Assembly (NCBI GenBank): GCA_030390025.1
Contig: CM059432.1
Coordinates: 16,494,001-16,558,000 of the forward strand
Direction: 5' to 3'
From: Squalus acanthias
Taxonomy: Eukaryota
DNA: 64,000 nucleotides
The notes beneath the pieces are model-generated. The model was not told where the DNA came from and searched no databases. It saw only the letters and a program-made list of their open reading frames with translations. Shown here one piece after another: positions 24,551 through 37,707 of this stretch; within the stretch, counting starts at the first letter, position 1, and every line of letters begins with the position of its first letter. The position numbers were made by a program, and so were the translations under genes.

Positions 24551-25372
24551 ATAAAACTGGATACACGGTGAAGTCTTCAATTTATAATATTGAAAAAAAT
24601 TGGTCGATATGCTGCTAAAACTCTGATCTGACAACGGCCAACAATTTCAAAAACCCAGTGAGAGAGGGAGGGATGGAAGGAACTTACATTTATAGCATCT
24701 TATCAATCCTCAGGATGTTCCAAAGTGCTTTATAACCAATTTTGGAAATGTTATTAGGTAGTGAAATGCGCCAGCCAATTTGCTCATAGCAAGATCCCAC
24801 AAACAGCAAATAAATAAATAATTATGATAACAAACATCAAGCGATTCACTAAAGCCGTGCATTAAAATAATTACAGTAGTTTATACCTCTCTGCTGCATC
24901 TGTGCCAGCATACACGCCAACTATCACTTTGGAAATACATATGTATTGAAAACTCAACTAAATCTCCCATGGCAATGCTCAGGAACTTTTATGGATCTGG
25001 CTAGGCAAGAACAGTAAAGTAACCTTTAAAATAATTTTTAAAAAGTACAACGCAATCAAGTCCGCAAACTTATAAAGGAAAAAAAGGGTTGGAGCATGTG
25101 GTTGGAGCAAAGAGTGTGGGATGGAGGCTGGCCCCAAAGGTACAGAGGAGTGGGTAGGTTACAGGCTTGATCCAAACCCTAACACAAGCCAGCAGGAGGC
25201 TTGTGCTGAGTTGGCTGATCAGAGATGTCTTCATATCTGGTAAGTGTATATTTTTGTGAAACAGGCTCGAGCGGCTGAATGGCCTCCTTCTATTCATATG
25301 TTCCTATATATGTTTTTACAACACATGGCTGTAAAAAACATATATAGGAACATATGAACCGGAGTAGGCCAT

Positions 25373-26520
25373 TCCAAAAGGCGTTTGATAAAGTGTCACA
25401 CAATAGGCTTGCCAGCAAAGATGAAGTCCATGGAATAAAAGGGACAGTGGCAGCATGGATACGAAATTGGCTAAGTGACAGGAAACAGAGAGTAGTGGTG
25501 AACAGTTGTTTTTCGGACTGGAGGAAGGTACACAGTGGTGTTCCCCAGGGGTACTCGGACCATTGCTTTTCTTGATATATATTAATGACTTGGACTGGGT
25601 GTAAAGGGCACAATTTCAAAATTTGCAGATGACACAAAACTTGGAAGTATAGTGAACAGAGGAGGATAGTGATAGACTTCAAGAGGACATTGACAGGCTG
25701 GTGGAATGGGCGGACACGTGGCAGATGAAATTTAATGCAGAAAAGTGCGAAGTGATAAATTTTGGTAGGAAGAACGAGGAGAGGCAATATAAAATAAAGG
25801 GTACAATCCTAAAGGGGGTGCAGGAACAGAGAGATCTGGGGGTATATGTGCACAAATCGTTGAAGGTGGCAGGGCAGGTTGAGAAAGTGATTAAAAGAAG
25901 CATACGGGATCCTGGGCTTTATAAATAGAGGCATAGAGTACAAAAGCAAGGAAGTTATGATGAAGCTTTATAAAATACTGGTTTGGCCTCAACTGGAGTA
26001 TTGTGTCCAATTCTGGGCACGCACTTTAGGAAGGATGTGAAGGCCTTAGAGAGGGTGCAGAAAAGATTTACAAGAATGGTTCCAGGGATGAGGGACTTCA
26101 GTTACGTGGATAGACGGGAGAAGCTGGAGTTGATCTCCTTAGAGCAGAGAAGGTTGAGGGGAGCTCAAAATCTTGAGGGGTCTGGACAGAGTAGATAGAG
26201 AGAAACTGTTCCCATTGGCGGAAGGGTCAAGAACCAGAGGACACAGATTTAAGGTGATTGGCAGAAGAACCAAAGGCAACATGAGGAAAAACTTTTTTAC
26301 GCAGTGAGTGGTTAGGATCTGGAATGCAAAGCTGAAAGGGTGGTGGAGGCAGATTCAATCGTGGCTTTCAAAAGGGAATTGGATAAGTACCTGAAGGAAA
26401 AAAATTTGCAGGGTTACGGGGAAAGGGCAGGGGAGCGGGACTAGCTTAAGTGCTCTTGCAGAGAGCCGGCACGGGCTCGACAGGCCGAATGGCCTCCTTC
26501 TGTGCTGTAACCATTTTATG
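25373..26520 (+). mobile_element. CR1 LINE, 5'-truncated
   Basis: FQKAFDKVSH, WADTWQMKFNAEKC, ALERVQKRFTRMVPG, then the 3' UTR. Confidence 0.9.
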
Positions 26521-26724
26521 GCTCACTTTTGTGCATTTTTCATGACAGTTGTATGAGCGTGAATGTGAAGTTGGTGGGGAACTGTCATGGTGGCTGTGTT
26601 TAATTTAATGTAGGGAGCTGCAATAAACAAATAGAGAGACGTTTTGTTTTGTGGAATTTGACTGGCAAGATAGGGAGCAGAACCCGAAGATTAATATATG
26701 ATTGGCAATATATGCAGGTGTATT

Positions 26725-28250
26725 AGCATAGGAACAGGAGTAGAACATTCAACCCATCCAGCCTGTTCCACCATTCAATTAGATCACGGCTATCTATATA
26801 TCAACTCCATTTACCCACCTTTGTTCCCAATCCCATGAAACCATTTACCTAACAAAAATCTATCAATCTCAGTCTTGAAGAGTTCAATTAACCCAGCATC
26901 CATAGCCTTTTGAGGGAGAGTTTTCCAGATCTCCACCACCCTTTGTGTGGAAAAGTGCTTCCTGATTTCATTCCTCAATGAGAAGTCGCACAACACCAGG
27001 TTATAGTCCAACAGATTCCTCAATGGCCTAGCTATAATTTTAAGATTTTGCCCTCTTCTTCTGGATTCCCCCACCAGAGGAAACAGTTTCGCTGTCTCTA
27101 CCCTATTAAATCCCTTAATCATTTTGAAAACCTTGATCAAATCACCCATCACCTTCTGCCCAAAAATGAACGTCGTAGAACTGATGGGGTCTGACCAAGG
27201 CTCTGCACTGAAGCATCTTCATTTTTGAATTTCAAGATACAGGCCAACATTCCATTAGCCTTCTGATTACTTTTTGTACCTGTGCACTAGCTTTTTAATG
27301 ATTTTTAAAAAATTCGTTTATGGGATGTGGGCGTCGCTGGCAAGGCTAGCATTTATTGCCCATTCCTAATTGCCCTCGAGAAGGTGGTGGTGAGCCGCCT
27401 TCTTGAACCGCTGCAGTCCGTGTGGTGAAGGTACTCCCACAGGTAGGGAGTTCCAGGATTTTGACCCAGCGATGATGAAGGATCGGCGATATACTTCTAA
27501 GTCAGGATGGTGTGTGACTTGGAGGGGAACTTGGAGGTGGTGGTGTTCCCATGCACCTGCTGCCCTTGTCCTTCTAGGTGGAAGAGGTCGCGGGTTTGGG
27601 AGGTGCTGCCGAAGAAGCCTTGGCGAGTTGCTGCAGTGCATCTTGTAGATGGTACACACTGCAGCCACGGTACGCCGGTGGTGGAGGGAGTGAATGTTTA
27701 AGGTGGTAGATGGGGTGCCAATCAAGCGGGCTGCTTTGTCCTGGATGGTGTCGAGCTTCGAGTGTACATTTGTGTACGTGGACATCCAAATTCCTTTGCT
27801 CGTCTCTCACCATTAAGAAAATATTCAGATTTGTCTCCGATCTAAAGTGGATGACCTCACACTTCCCCACATTCAACTCCATCTGCTATAGTTTTGCTCA
27901 CTCACTTAGTCTGTCTATGTCCCTTTATAACATCCTGCTCCCATCCTCACAACCTACTGTGCCTTCTAACTTAGTGTCATTTGCAAACTTGGATATACAA
28001 CTCTCTATTCCTTCATCCAAGTCATTAATATATATGGTGGAATGCTGAGGCCCCAGTATAGATCCCTGGGTAACACCACTTGGCACATTCCGCCAATCAG
28101 AGAACAAACCCTCTGTCCCTACTCTCTGTCTCCCACCTCTCAATCAACTACCAACCCATGTTACAAAGTTACCGCCAATTCCATGCGCTCTAATTTGTGT
28201 TAGTAATCTCTTGTATGGAACCTTATCAAATGCCTTCTGGATATCCATAT
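26725..28250 (-). mobile_element. CR1 LINE with nested insertions
   Basis: GDLIKVFKMIKGF, SKFANDTKL, GVTQGSILGP. Interrupted by the 27303-27760 LINE and a 34-bp insert at 26981-27014. Confidence 0.85.
27303..27760 (-). mobile_element. A-tailed LINE 3' fragment
   Basis: KLDTIQDKAARLIGTPSTTLNIHSLHHRRTVAAVCTIYKMH, the C-terminus of a LINE ORF2. Confidence 0.85.
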
Positions 28251-31200
28251 AGACAAGAAGAAAAGCAGATATAATTCAGACACTTAGTTACTGAGAAAGT
28301 AAAAGAAAAGACACTACAGACATAGATGCAAAAAATATCTGTACAGATTTGCAAAAATGCTGAGAGATAATTATAACTTTCATAATTTCCAAACACTGTA
28401 GAAGAGAACAATGATTTCCAGAAGGCAGAATGCCCTCTATAATTCAATAATCTGGAAAATTATTTTGCATAATGATGGAAACTTGCTAGTTAAAGTTAGT
28501 AATTGAATAAAATTACATCGAAATTACAATATGCAAAAAGGCTGTTCAATTTAACCAGTCTATGTTGGTGTTTATCCTCCACTGAGCAGTAGCCGAATCC
28601 CATATGCCTGCCTCATTCCCAAATCCCTTTATTCTCTTTTCCTTCAACCACCTGTCTAACCTGGTGTTAAATGTTGGCATGGCCCCTCCTTCAATCATTA
28701 CCTCCAGCAGTGTATTCCACAACAACCCTAATTATTGTAAAACCTAGTATGCAAGTCAGCCTATTTTTACTATTGCTTTCTTCTGTAAAATCTCAGCACA
28801 CTGCACCCCAAATTTAGGAGTAGAACAAGCACAAATTAAAGTATGCATTGCATGCATTTTTTAGCAACAGTATAATATCGTGCTGATAATGCCACATTTA
28901 TGGTAAAGAATTTTCCTTCATGTTAATCACCTTCCTCACATGCTCCTGGACGCGGTGTGATATCTACCAACAAATCAGAGGAATAAAATTGGGCATAGTC
29001 CAAGCTTGTCTGCCTTAAATATTTTCTACATTACAACAGTGACTACACTTTAAAAGCACTTCATTGGCTGTAAAGCATTTTGGGATATTCTGAGGTTGTG
29101 AAAGGCGCTACATAAATGCAAGTCTTTCTTTAATATACCAGTTCCACTACCAGTGATCAACACTGGACATGTGTGCTTCGTTATTTGTAACACACAATTG
29201 TTGGATAGTAAGAACAGTGAAGGGTGGATCAAGAGACGCAGAAGTGGATATGCATTTTTTTTCGTGGTGGCAGTGGAGACGGAAGAATAACGAGTTGTAT
29301 CTCCATTCTTGTTATATGGTAGAATAGGGGTCACTATATACTTGAGTCTATTATTCAACATATTACAGAGTTCTATTTCTCCTTTCTTACATTAAAAAAA
29401 TCACAACAAAAAGTGCTGGAGTAAGGATACTTCCTCTCCTTTTCTTTGTTTCCTGTTGCCACACACAATATCGAGCCAACAACAACTTGTATTTATATAG
29501 TGCCTCTAACGTAGTAAAAGCTAAGAGGGAAGCTACCTGTTCACAGGCCTCTGCCAATGCTGCGCTCAAATGACCATTTGCGTGGAGAAGGTGAGGGTAG
29601 CCTTCAAGTTGATGCCCTCACACCATGGCATGCCCGAGATTGGGCTATGGAAGATTACCTTACCCTTCCACGTTACAATACATACCGGCCTCAAGACACT
29701 GTTCGTATTTGTTTTTAAAGAAATCATGTATCTAGTAATGCACACATTTATCGCACCATTGGTTTAAACTTGAATGACATATAGCAATAACTCTGAAACA
29801 ATTACTTCTGTGCTACACTCTGGTGACATGTCCTCACAGACATTCAACTCCAAATCAAATTCACTTTTGAGTGAACTAGTTTAGTGAACAAAAGGCATAA
29901 AAGACAAAACTGTACCTGCACTGCTTTATGAATATTTTTCATTCTGCACAAATGACGTTACGAATAAAAGTGCACTCAGCCTTCTACAAAAAGCATCAAT
30001 CCACTACTGAGATTTGTATTCTCCCCTCAGTGGTTATCTTTACACAAGTTCCAGTCTAGAAATCATACAGTAAGGTTTGCATTTCTTGGTGGAAGTGTAA
30101 TGACTATCACAGTAACTTTTCATCTATTGATAAAGATGTGCCATTTTTAGACCTGAAATTAAATAGATAGTTAGTCCTTCAGGGATCTGACCAAGGTCTC
30201 AAAAATATAACTTTGGTTAATAATGTCTTTATAATATAATCAATTTAACTTGGGTGTTATTGGTTAGCTATTTAGGTTTTAGGCAAGGCTCACACTGGTA
30301 GCAGTTTCCCTTGCCAGAAACAATGGTGGATAATCACCTGACCAGATAAAGTCACCTGTCCAGGTAGAAAGTCTCCTGCTTCCATGGTCAGTAAAGGACG
30401 TGCAGAGATATTTTATGTTATAGCTTTGAACTGAAACACAAAATGGTGCCCTCTGGTACCTCAGCCAAGTTAACTAATCATCCTTTTTGTTTGAGGCCAA
30501 ATGCTGAACGATGGCAGGCTACTTAACAATGGAGTAGATCATAGCAGAATCAATCATGTCCTTCACCTGACATCCATAAATACATACTTTCCTGGAATGA
30601 CTGGATATCAAACAGAAGTAGGAACATTGGCTGATTTCCACCCCGCCCCCTCCTTAATCAAGAGCTGCTGAGATCAATTCCAACACCACAATCATCTCCC
30701 TAGCTAAGATCAGTTGGTTCAGCATAGACCAGAACCACTCCCCACCAACTGACTTTAGCAGGCAAAAGGACAGACACTATTGCTCACTGATAACACAAAG
30801 TATGGACTGAATGCATTGTTTAAAAATAATTTTCAAAAGTTCAAGGGTATAATCAGACAAATACTAACTGAAGTGGATTTTGGTGTACAGTTTTTGCCGT
30901 AAACCTGTGTTATCTCATTCATTTCTGTAACTTTCTGATAAAACATTTGCTGCTACAATCATAAACTGCTGCCAGTATCTGCATCATATATAGAGAAAGA
31001 AACTCCATTATACCATATGTATTATACACATGCACCACACACGCATGGCAATTTTACATTCCATTAATAGCTTTCATGCTGGTGGAAAAAAACTTATCAA
31101 GTTGCACATATGAAAACACCAAATCAAGTGAAAACTTACTGCCATCAGTTTCATAGGATGAGAAAGTAGAAAGGAGTGATGAAAGATATATGGAGGCACA

Positions 31201-32399
31201 AAAAGGCAAGCAATTAAAACACAGGGGAAGTTACAGATCTTACAACAGATTCTCTGTGAAAGGGAGGACCATATTGGACATGCTGGGTTAGACTGAACAC
31301 TTAGCTCATCCACTGCATCCAGGAAGAAATAATTGTTAGCATGGATGTTACTCAAAGAAATTGGTAATTATTTACATCGTTTTCAGAAGTTTTCTTTGGT
31401 AAAGAAAAAAAGTGAAAAGACTTTGTCAATTGGTTAAAAATGTTGCTGCATTATCACAACTGAAACATGTATGTACCAAGAAGTGGGTTTATGAATTTTC
31501 CCCAAAGCAACCTCACACCTATTTAAAGAGCTGTGTGAATTTAGTACTCATCAAGGTGAAGGGTTTACGTGTGACCCATTTTGAGCACTCCCAGGTTAGG
31601 TGTACCACAATTAACTGCAGAGTGAAGTTCTCTCTTCACTGCTGCAACAATATGCCTCATCACCAACTTCAGAACAGTGCAACATTTTACCCTTTCCCAC
31701 ACCAGCTATTTTGTGACTTGCCAATTTAGTGCTAAATAGGGGCAGTTATCTGGCTATGCCCACCAGGAAAAAGATCAAGACTACTAAACTCACTTCATAC
31801 AGGGCACTTACAGTCAACAGACAGAGGAGATACACATCCCATCAATCTGGGCTGGATATGAATCCAGATCTGAGCGGTGAAAGGCCAGTGTTTAACTCGC
31901 TACGCCACCCAGTCCTTCCCAAAGATGTGCTTATGATATTTATTATTTAGAGAACTTCTTTTCAGTACATTTTGAATGTAGAACCATGTTTGGAGAAAAA
32001 AAGGGGTGCCCTGATGGCGCTGTGCCACAGAGTGTTAGCAAATGAGTTTGCACCCACAATTTCCCCACATAATGGGCTCCTGATCTCATGTCACCATTTT
32101 GGAGACATCATAGAGGTGAAGTGCTTCTCTGTAGAAAGTGAGGAGAGAAAATTGTTCTCATGTACCCTCTTGACATCTGGGCTTAAAGAGAAGGAAAAAA
32201 AATGAAAAAAATGCTGACTTTTTAATTAAATGTGTCACTGAAATGAAAAGGATTGCTGTTCTGTGCACCAGATGTAGAATTTTAAATGCGTCATCAATTA
32301 CCAACACTGCCTTTCACTATTTAGTTCATTTATGTCTATAGTTAGCTATATGACAATGTCTGTGTTGGTCTTTTCTCCCTTTGCACAGTGAATCCTAAC

Positions 32400-32705
32400 C
32401 ATTGCTTCTCCCTGGTCTCTTCTCCATTCTCCAGACATCAGTTGTCGCGGCAGATTCACGTTCAGCCTGTCAAAATAAAGGGGAAGCGGACGAGCACTCT
32501 GTCGGTAGGCTGAAGGGGGCAGAGAAGGCCTGCGCCGAGGCCGCATAGGAAGAAGCCTGTCAGAAGCAGACGCAGTGAATGGATGCTCGTAAGCTTTTGA
32601 TGGCTGTTCTAGACATAAACAAAACTTGATGTTGCGCTGGGAGAACTCAGGAAAAGACAGACTGTCCAAGCTAAGACTGTGTTGTAAAGGTGGCCGACGG
32701 GCTGG
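32400..32705 (-). CDS. PTK2: Candidate additional (alternative) PTK2 exon, 102 codons
   Basis: Pyrimidine-rich acceptor (ttttctgctttaatctgctttatgtgtctgtctgcAG|CCA GCC CGT), 306 nt without a stop, donor ATG|GTTAGG. Phase 0-0 fits both neighbouring exons. Visibly richer in GC and CpG than the flanking intron and not like any repeat in the window. Confidence 0.6.
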
Positions 32706-33599
32706 CTGCAGACAGACACATAAAGCAGATTAAAGCAGAAAAGCAGCATGTATCAGTGTAACAAAAATGTGAGACTATTATGATCATTATGGATGACAAA
32801 TGAACATGCAAACCAAAATCGAAGACATGCTACATGAGAAGCATAGACAGCACACTCAATTTGAGACTGTAATTTAAGTAAAGATTACGTTCTACAAATA
32901 AAATTTAACCCTATAAATATTAGATATTTCTACAAGAGAAGGGACTAAAAGCGTCACCTTTTTTTATCCTAATGGTAAAATATGAAGATTTTCAGTCCAT
33001 ACTATAACAAATCACAAATGCAGAAAACGCGTGATCATTTGAGTTGATAGATAAAATACTCAGCCCACTGAAAGGCAAGTTATTTCATAGTACAAGAGTC
33101 GTGTATTAAATTAAACTAACTTTGTCAAAAAAAAATCAATAGAAGCATGAAATATTGCTGATAGAGAGACGCTTGACGATATACTCTGAACTTATTTTGT
33201 ACCTTCACATACTGGTTAGTTTTGATTTAAGTTTTCAAATAAATGTTTTTGATGAGCTACAATTAGACAATGTAAATGAACTTCAAAGGCTAAGTACTGT
33301 CATTGTGGTACCATAAAAAAAATCGCAGTGTATAAAGGTAATATCTAGCTTACTTGGTTTCAATTATGTTCTTTGGCAGATAGCTCATGGCCTTGCTAAC
33401 AAGACACTGCACAATTCAAAACTAATCTATGTATACCACGTCATCCACCATATAACATAATTTCTAATCTAAAGGAATATTTTCTCAACTTTGTGCCAGT
33501 CTTAAAATGAGGCAGATATATATTTAAAATGATCTACCTTCAACATTTAATAAATAATATGATTATGAACGTAAAAAGTGTGGAAAATCAAAACATTCA

Positions 33600-34320
33600 G
33601 GGGGAGAAATTGGCCTCCTTTGCGTCTCCCGTAGGCGCTACCAGCTTTGCGACCGGGCGCGGCGATAGTACTAATGCCCGCGAAATTGACGTGGAGGTTT
33701 GCGGCAGCGGTAACCACTAGCGCCAGGATCTCTGCGCCCGGAGATCGTGACGTCATCCGGCTGCGCAGCGCCCCGGATCCGAACTTCGGTTCCGCCCCCT
33801 GTAGCATCGCTGGCCGATAACGCCGACAGCTGCAGGAGGTGTTGTTAGGGAGGCTGGGCGCTTGGGGAGCGGTATTTAAAGGTAAGGCCGCTTGTGTCAA
33901 TGAAAAATTTGTTTTCACCCTTCATGTTATTTTTTCAACTTTTTCCTGTGCCACGATTGATCAGCCCTGCACTCTGTTAGAGTGCTTGGGGCTGATCTTC
34001 GTGGATCGTGGCTGCCATCGGCGACAAGGAACATCGATTTAATGCAGAGCCCGCAGCAATGGCCCTTTCCTTTAAGGGAGGGAAGGAGCCTCCGTTCCCG
34101 GCAGCGCTGCTCTCGACATTGGGCAGCGCTGCACCACTACCGCCCCTTTTGCCGAACTTTAGCGCTCCAAGGGAAGTAGTAGCACTTGATTTAGTACTCC
34201 ACTTCCTTCCTGGAGCACTAAACACGAAATTCGTGTCGGATTCACTGGCGTAGCGTCCGGCGCTACTTTTTCATTACCGCTAAAGGTATCGCAAACAGGG
34301 CGATACTTAATTTCTCCCCC
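33600..34320. mobile_element. Harbinger-type MITE
   Basis: Perfect 12-bp TIR GGGGGAGAAATT/AATTTCTCCCCC with TSD TCA (33597-33599, 34321-34323). CpG-rich. Confidence 0.88.
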
Positions 34321-34574
34321 TCAGTCTTCAGCAGTGAATTAAAAAGTAATTTAAACAGCAAAACATTTGTATTAACAAATAAGTAGCTTATGCATGCGCA
34401 TTAATGGCAGTACTTTAATAGAAGTTCACAAGAACCCACTCAAATCTATACTCTTGATTCATCTCAGACGAGAGAATGTTACAAAAGAATCCAAGGATGC
34501 ATTCACACACCATCTTTAATGTCGGACACTAAAAATCGTGTGTAAATAGGGTCGATGGCATGTCATTCTTCTGC

Positions 34575-35190
34575 CCCTGCGTCAGCTCATCTGCTGCTGA
34601 AACCCTCATCCATGCCTTGGTTACCTCTAGACTTGACTATTCCAACGCACTCCTGGCCGGCCTCCCATCTTCCACCCTCATAAACTTGAGCTCATCCAAA
34701 ACTCTGCTGTCCGTATCCTAACTCGCACCAAGTCCCCTTCACCCATCACCCCTGTGCTCGCTGACCTACACTGGCTCCCAGACCGGCAACGCCTCGATTT
34801 TAAAATTATCATCCTTGTTTTCAAACCCCTCCATGGCCTCACCCCATCCTATCTCTGTAACCTCCTCCAGCCCTACGCCCCTCCGAGATCTCTACGCCTC
34901 TCCAATTCTGGCCTCTTGCGCATCCCTGATTTTAATCGCTCCACCATTAGTGGCCGTGCCTTCAGCTGCCAAGGCACTAAGCTCTGGAATTCCTTCCCTA
35001 AACCTCTCTGCCTCGCTCTCCTCCTTTAAGACGCTCCTTAAAACCTACCTCTTTAACCAAGCTTTTGGTCATCTTTCCTAATATCGTCTTCTGTGGCTCG
35101 GTGTCAAATCTTGTTTGATAACGGTCCTATAAAGTGCCTTGGGCCGATTTACTACATTAAAAGGCACTATATAAATGCAAGTTGTTGTTG
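34575..35190 (+). mobile_element. L2-type LINE 3' end
   Basis: ETLIHALVTSRLDYSNALLAGLP, LADLHWLPDRQRLDFKII. Tail tataaatgcaagttgttgttg. Confidence 0.9.
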
Positions 35191-35605
35191 ATTTCATAAA
35201 TTCAAACCTACCCAAATATAATCTGAAATTTTGGAGATGAGTCATTCAAAATTTCCCACCACTGATGGTCAAACCTGAAAACAAACCTGAATACTGCAAC
35301 TTGGGGCATTCTTCCATTAGTGGAAAAAAAGATAGCTGCAACTATTCGATATTACTTAAGTCAGATCCATATCAACAGTAACAAATATCAATTTAAATTT
35401 GTAATAAACCTTTTATTTATTTATTTATTTATTTAATGTTTGTATATAAACCATTAAAAGGAGGCCTTTGAATGATGAAAAGATGCACTACGTCAAGCCG
35501 GGAATTGAACAAGCAACCAAAGAACACCACAATGTAAATATTTCATGACAATTAGATGTTTTTAAAATAGTGCAGGCAGCTAGATGGGTTGAATGACCAC
35601 TGTAC

Positions 35606-35717
35606 CTTTGGAGGGGCTTCATCTGATCCTCCTGAATCCCAGGAAACTGTGATCTGTCGTCTCTGCTCCATTCTCATTCGTTCTTCCTGCTGCACTTTCT
35701 CCTCTTCCAATATTGTA
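35606..35717 (-). CDS. PTK2: PTK2/FAK coding exon (end of kinase domain to proline-rich region; contains the FRNK start Met)
   Basis: Minus strand ttctttcAG|T ACA ATA TTG...CCA AAG|GTACAG. 112 nt, translating to (S)TILEEEKVQQEERMRMEQRRQITVSWDSGGSDEAPPK, nearly identical to vertebrate FAK STILEEEKAQQEERMRMESRRQATVSWDSGGSDEAPPK. Confidence 0.97.
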
Positions 35718-35892
35718 CTGAAAGAAAGAAAATAATATTTATTTTTATGTCAGAAAAACAAACTGCCCTTAGCAATAACTGGGCCACATTAGTGAGGAAA
35801 GTTCAGACAATTCAAAAATCAATATTTGTACTCTTGCAAACGTATAGCAAATAATGGCACTAGGAAGACCGAGGCGACCAAATTACTGATAA

Positions 35893-36120
35893 AACAACAA
35901 CGTGCACTTATATAGCATCTTTAATATAGAAAAAGTCCCAAGGCTTTTCACAGAGATGTAATCAGACAAAAATAGACACCAAGCCAAAGAAGGAGATATT
36001 ACGAGAAATGACTGCAAGCTTGGTCTAAGAGGTAGGTTTTAAGGAGGAGAATTTAGGGAGAGAATTCCAAGTCGTGGGGCCTAGACAGCTGAAGGCACAG
36101 CTTCCAATGATGGGAAGGGG
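35893..36120 (-). mobile_element. L2-type 3' tail fragment
   Basis: aacaacaac...atatagc...aagcttggtctaagaggtaggttttaagg, the reverse complement of the L2 tail. Confidence 0.7.
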
Positions 36121-36425
36121 AGGGGGGGGGGGATGCCCCTCCTGGTGGTAAAGCTTGAAATAAATTTTAAAAGTAAAAAAAATGAACTAAATTGCATTAC
36201 GCATCATGACATCACCACCAAATTAATTATTCGAGCTCAGATCGGGTTTTGCAACAGTTTGCGCACATGGGGCCACTAAATCCAAAACAAACTTGGAGCA
36301 ATTCACTCGTAATTCCAATCGATGGAGTATGTATGTGCCCTAAGCAGTCCAAAAATGATCCTTGCACAGACTGATCCAACAGTCTGTGACTTGCACTTTT
36401 TACAGTAACATAGCTAAGACAATTA

Positions 36426-37707
36426 GGCCAGAAAATGGTTTAGGCCCCTTTTCGGGCATTATTAGGTGACGCACATGGAGCACGCGCCAGAAGCCCAAGG
36501 TTCAATCGAAATTGGGCCTCGCACCTCATCAGCACATTTCCGGTGAGCAGCGGACCAATCAGGCGTCCAGAGGCAGCTTGCAAGTTTGGAGAGGAATTAG
36601 ATAGAAATTACAGCACAGAAACAGGCCATTCGGCCCAACTGGTGTTTATGCTCCACATGGGCCTCCTCCCACCCGACTTCATCTAACCCTATCAGCAAAA
36701 CCGTCTAAGGGAGCATTACTTTGTATCTAACTCGCGCTGGGAGTGTTTGATGGGACAGCGTTGAGGGAGCTTTATTCTGTATCTGACCTGCGCTATACTC
36801 GCCCTGGGAGTATTTTATGGGACGGTGTAGAGGGAGGTTTACTCTGTGTTTAACCCATGCTGTACCTACCCTGGGAGAGTTTGATGGGACAGTGTTTTTT
36901 TAAATTCATTCACGGGATGTCTCTGTCGCTGGCAAGGCCAGCATTTATTGCCCATCCCCAACTGTCCTCGAGAAGGTGGTGGTGAGCCGTCTTCTTGAAC
37001 CGCTGCAGTACGTGTGGTGAGGTACTCCCACAGTGCTGTTAGGGGGGGGGGGAAGGAGTTCCAGGATTTTGACCCAGCGACGATGAAGGAATGGCGATAT
37101 ATTTCCAAGTCAGGATGGTTTGTGACTTGAGGGTAACTTGGAGGTGGTGGTGTTCCCATGTGCCTGCTGCCTTTGTCCTTCTAGGTGGAAGAGGTCGTGG
37201 GTATGGGAGGTGCTGTCGAAGAAGCCTTGTCGAGCTGAGGGAGCTTTATTCTGTATCTGACCTGTGCTATACCCGCCCTGGGGGTGTCTGATGGGACGGT
37301 GTAGAGGGAGGTTTATTCTTTATTTAACTCCTGCTGTACCTACCCTGGGAGTGTTTGATGCTGACACTGGGTGCCTGAAATGTTAAGTGTCTCATTCACA
37401 AGCACGAATATCCCTCATTTTGATGGGCACAGAATAGAACATATTTGAAAAGAATAGGTCTGTGCAGCTGCCAGCTCTCACCAATTTGAGCCAGCTACGA
37501 TGCAGTTAGCAGCCCTGAATAACACATGCAAGAGGCCTAACGCCTGTTTACGGCGGCAGCCAGGGACGCCTGAATATCGTCCAAGCCAAAATGGCGTTGG
37601 ATGTATTTCAGGCTCCCTTGGGGCGTACTACATAGCACCATGAAATTGGACCTTTTTGCCTCCGTTTCATACCCCATAAAAGGCGAAACGAGGTCCAGTT
37701 TCTCCAT
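36426..37707. mobile_element. Harbinger-type MITE with nested CR1 tail, minisatellite and LINE
   Basis: tta|GGCCAGAAAAT ... AGTTTCTCCAT|tta. Nested inserts occupy about 36600-37440. Confidence 0.5.
36708..37366 (+). repeat. About 65-bp tandem repeat (gggagctttattctgtatctgacc...ccctgggagtgtttgatgggacggtgtaga) split by a LINE
   Basis: About 3 units at 36708-36894 and about 2 units at 37237-37366, with the A-tailed LINE at 36895-37232 between them. Confidence 0.8.

Noticed and set aside
36708..37366. Regularly repeated units that look superficially like a CRISPR array
   Set aside because: Eukaryotic minisatellite with no unique spacers and no cas genes.
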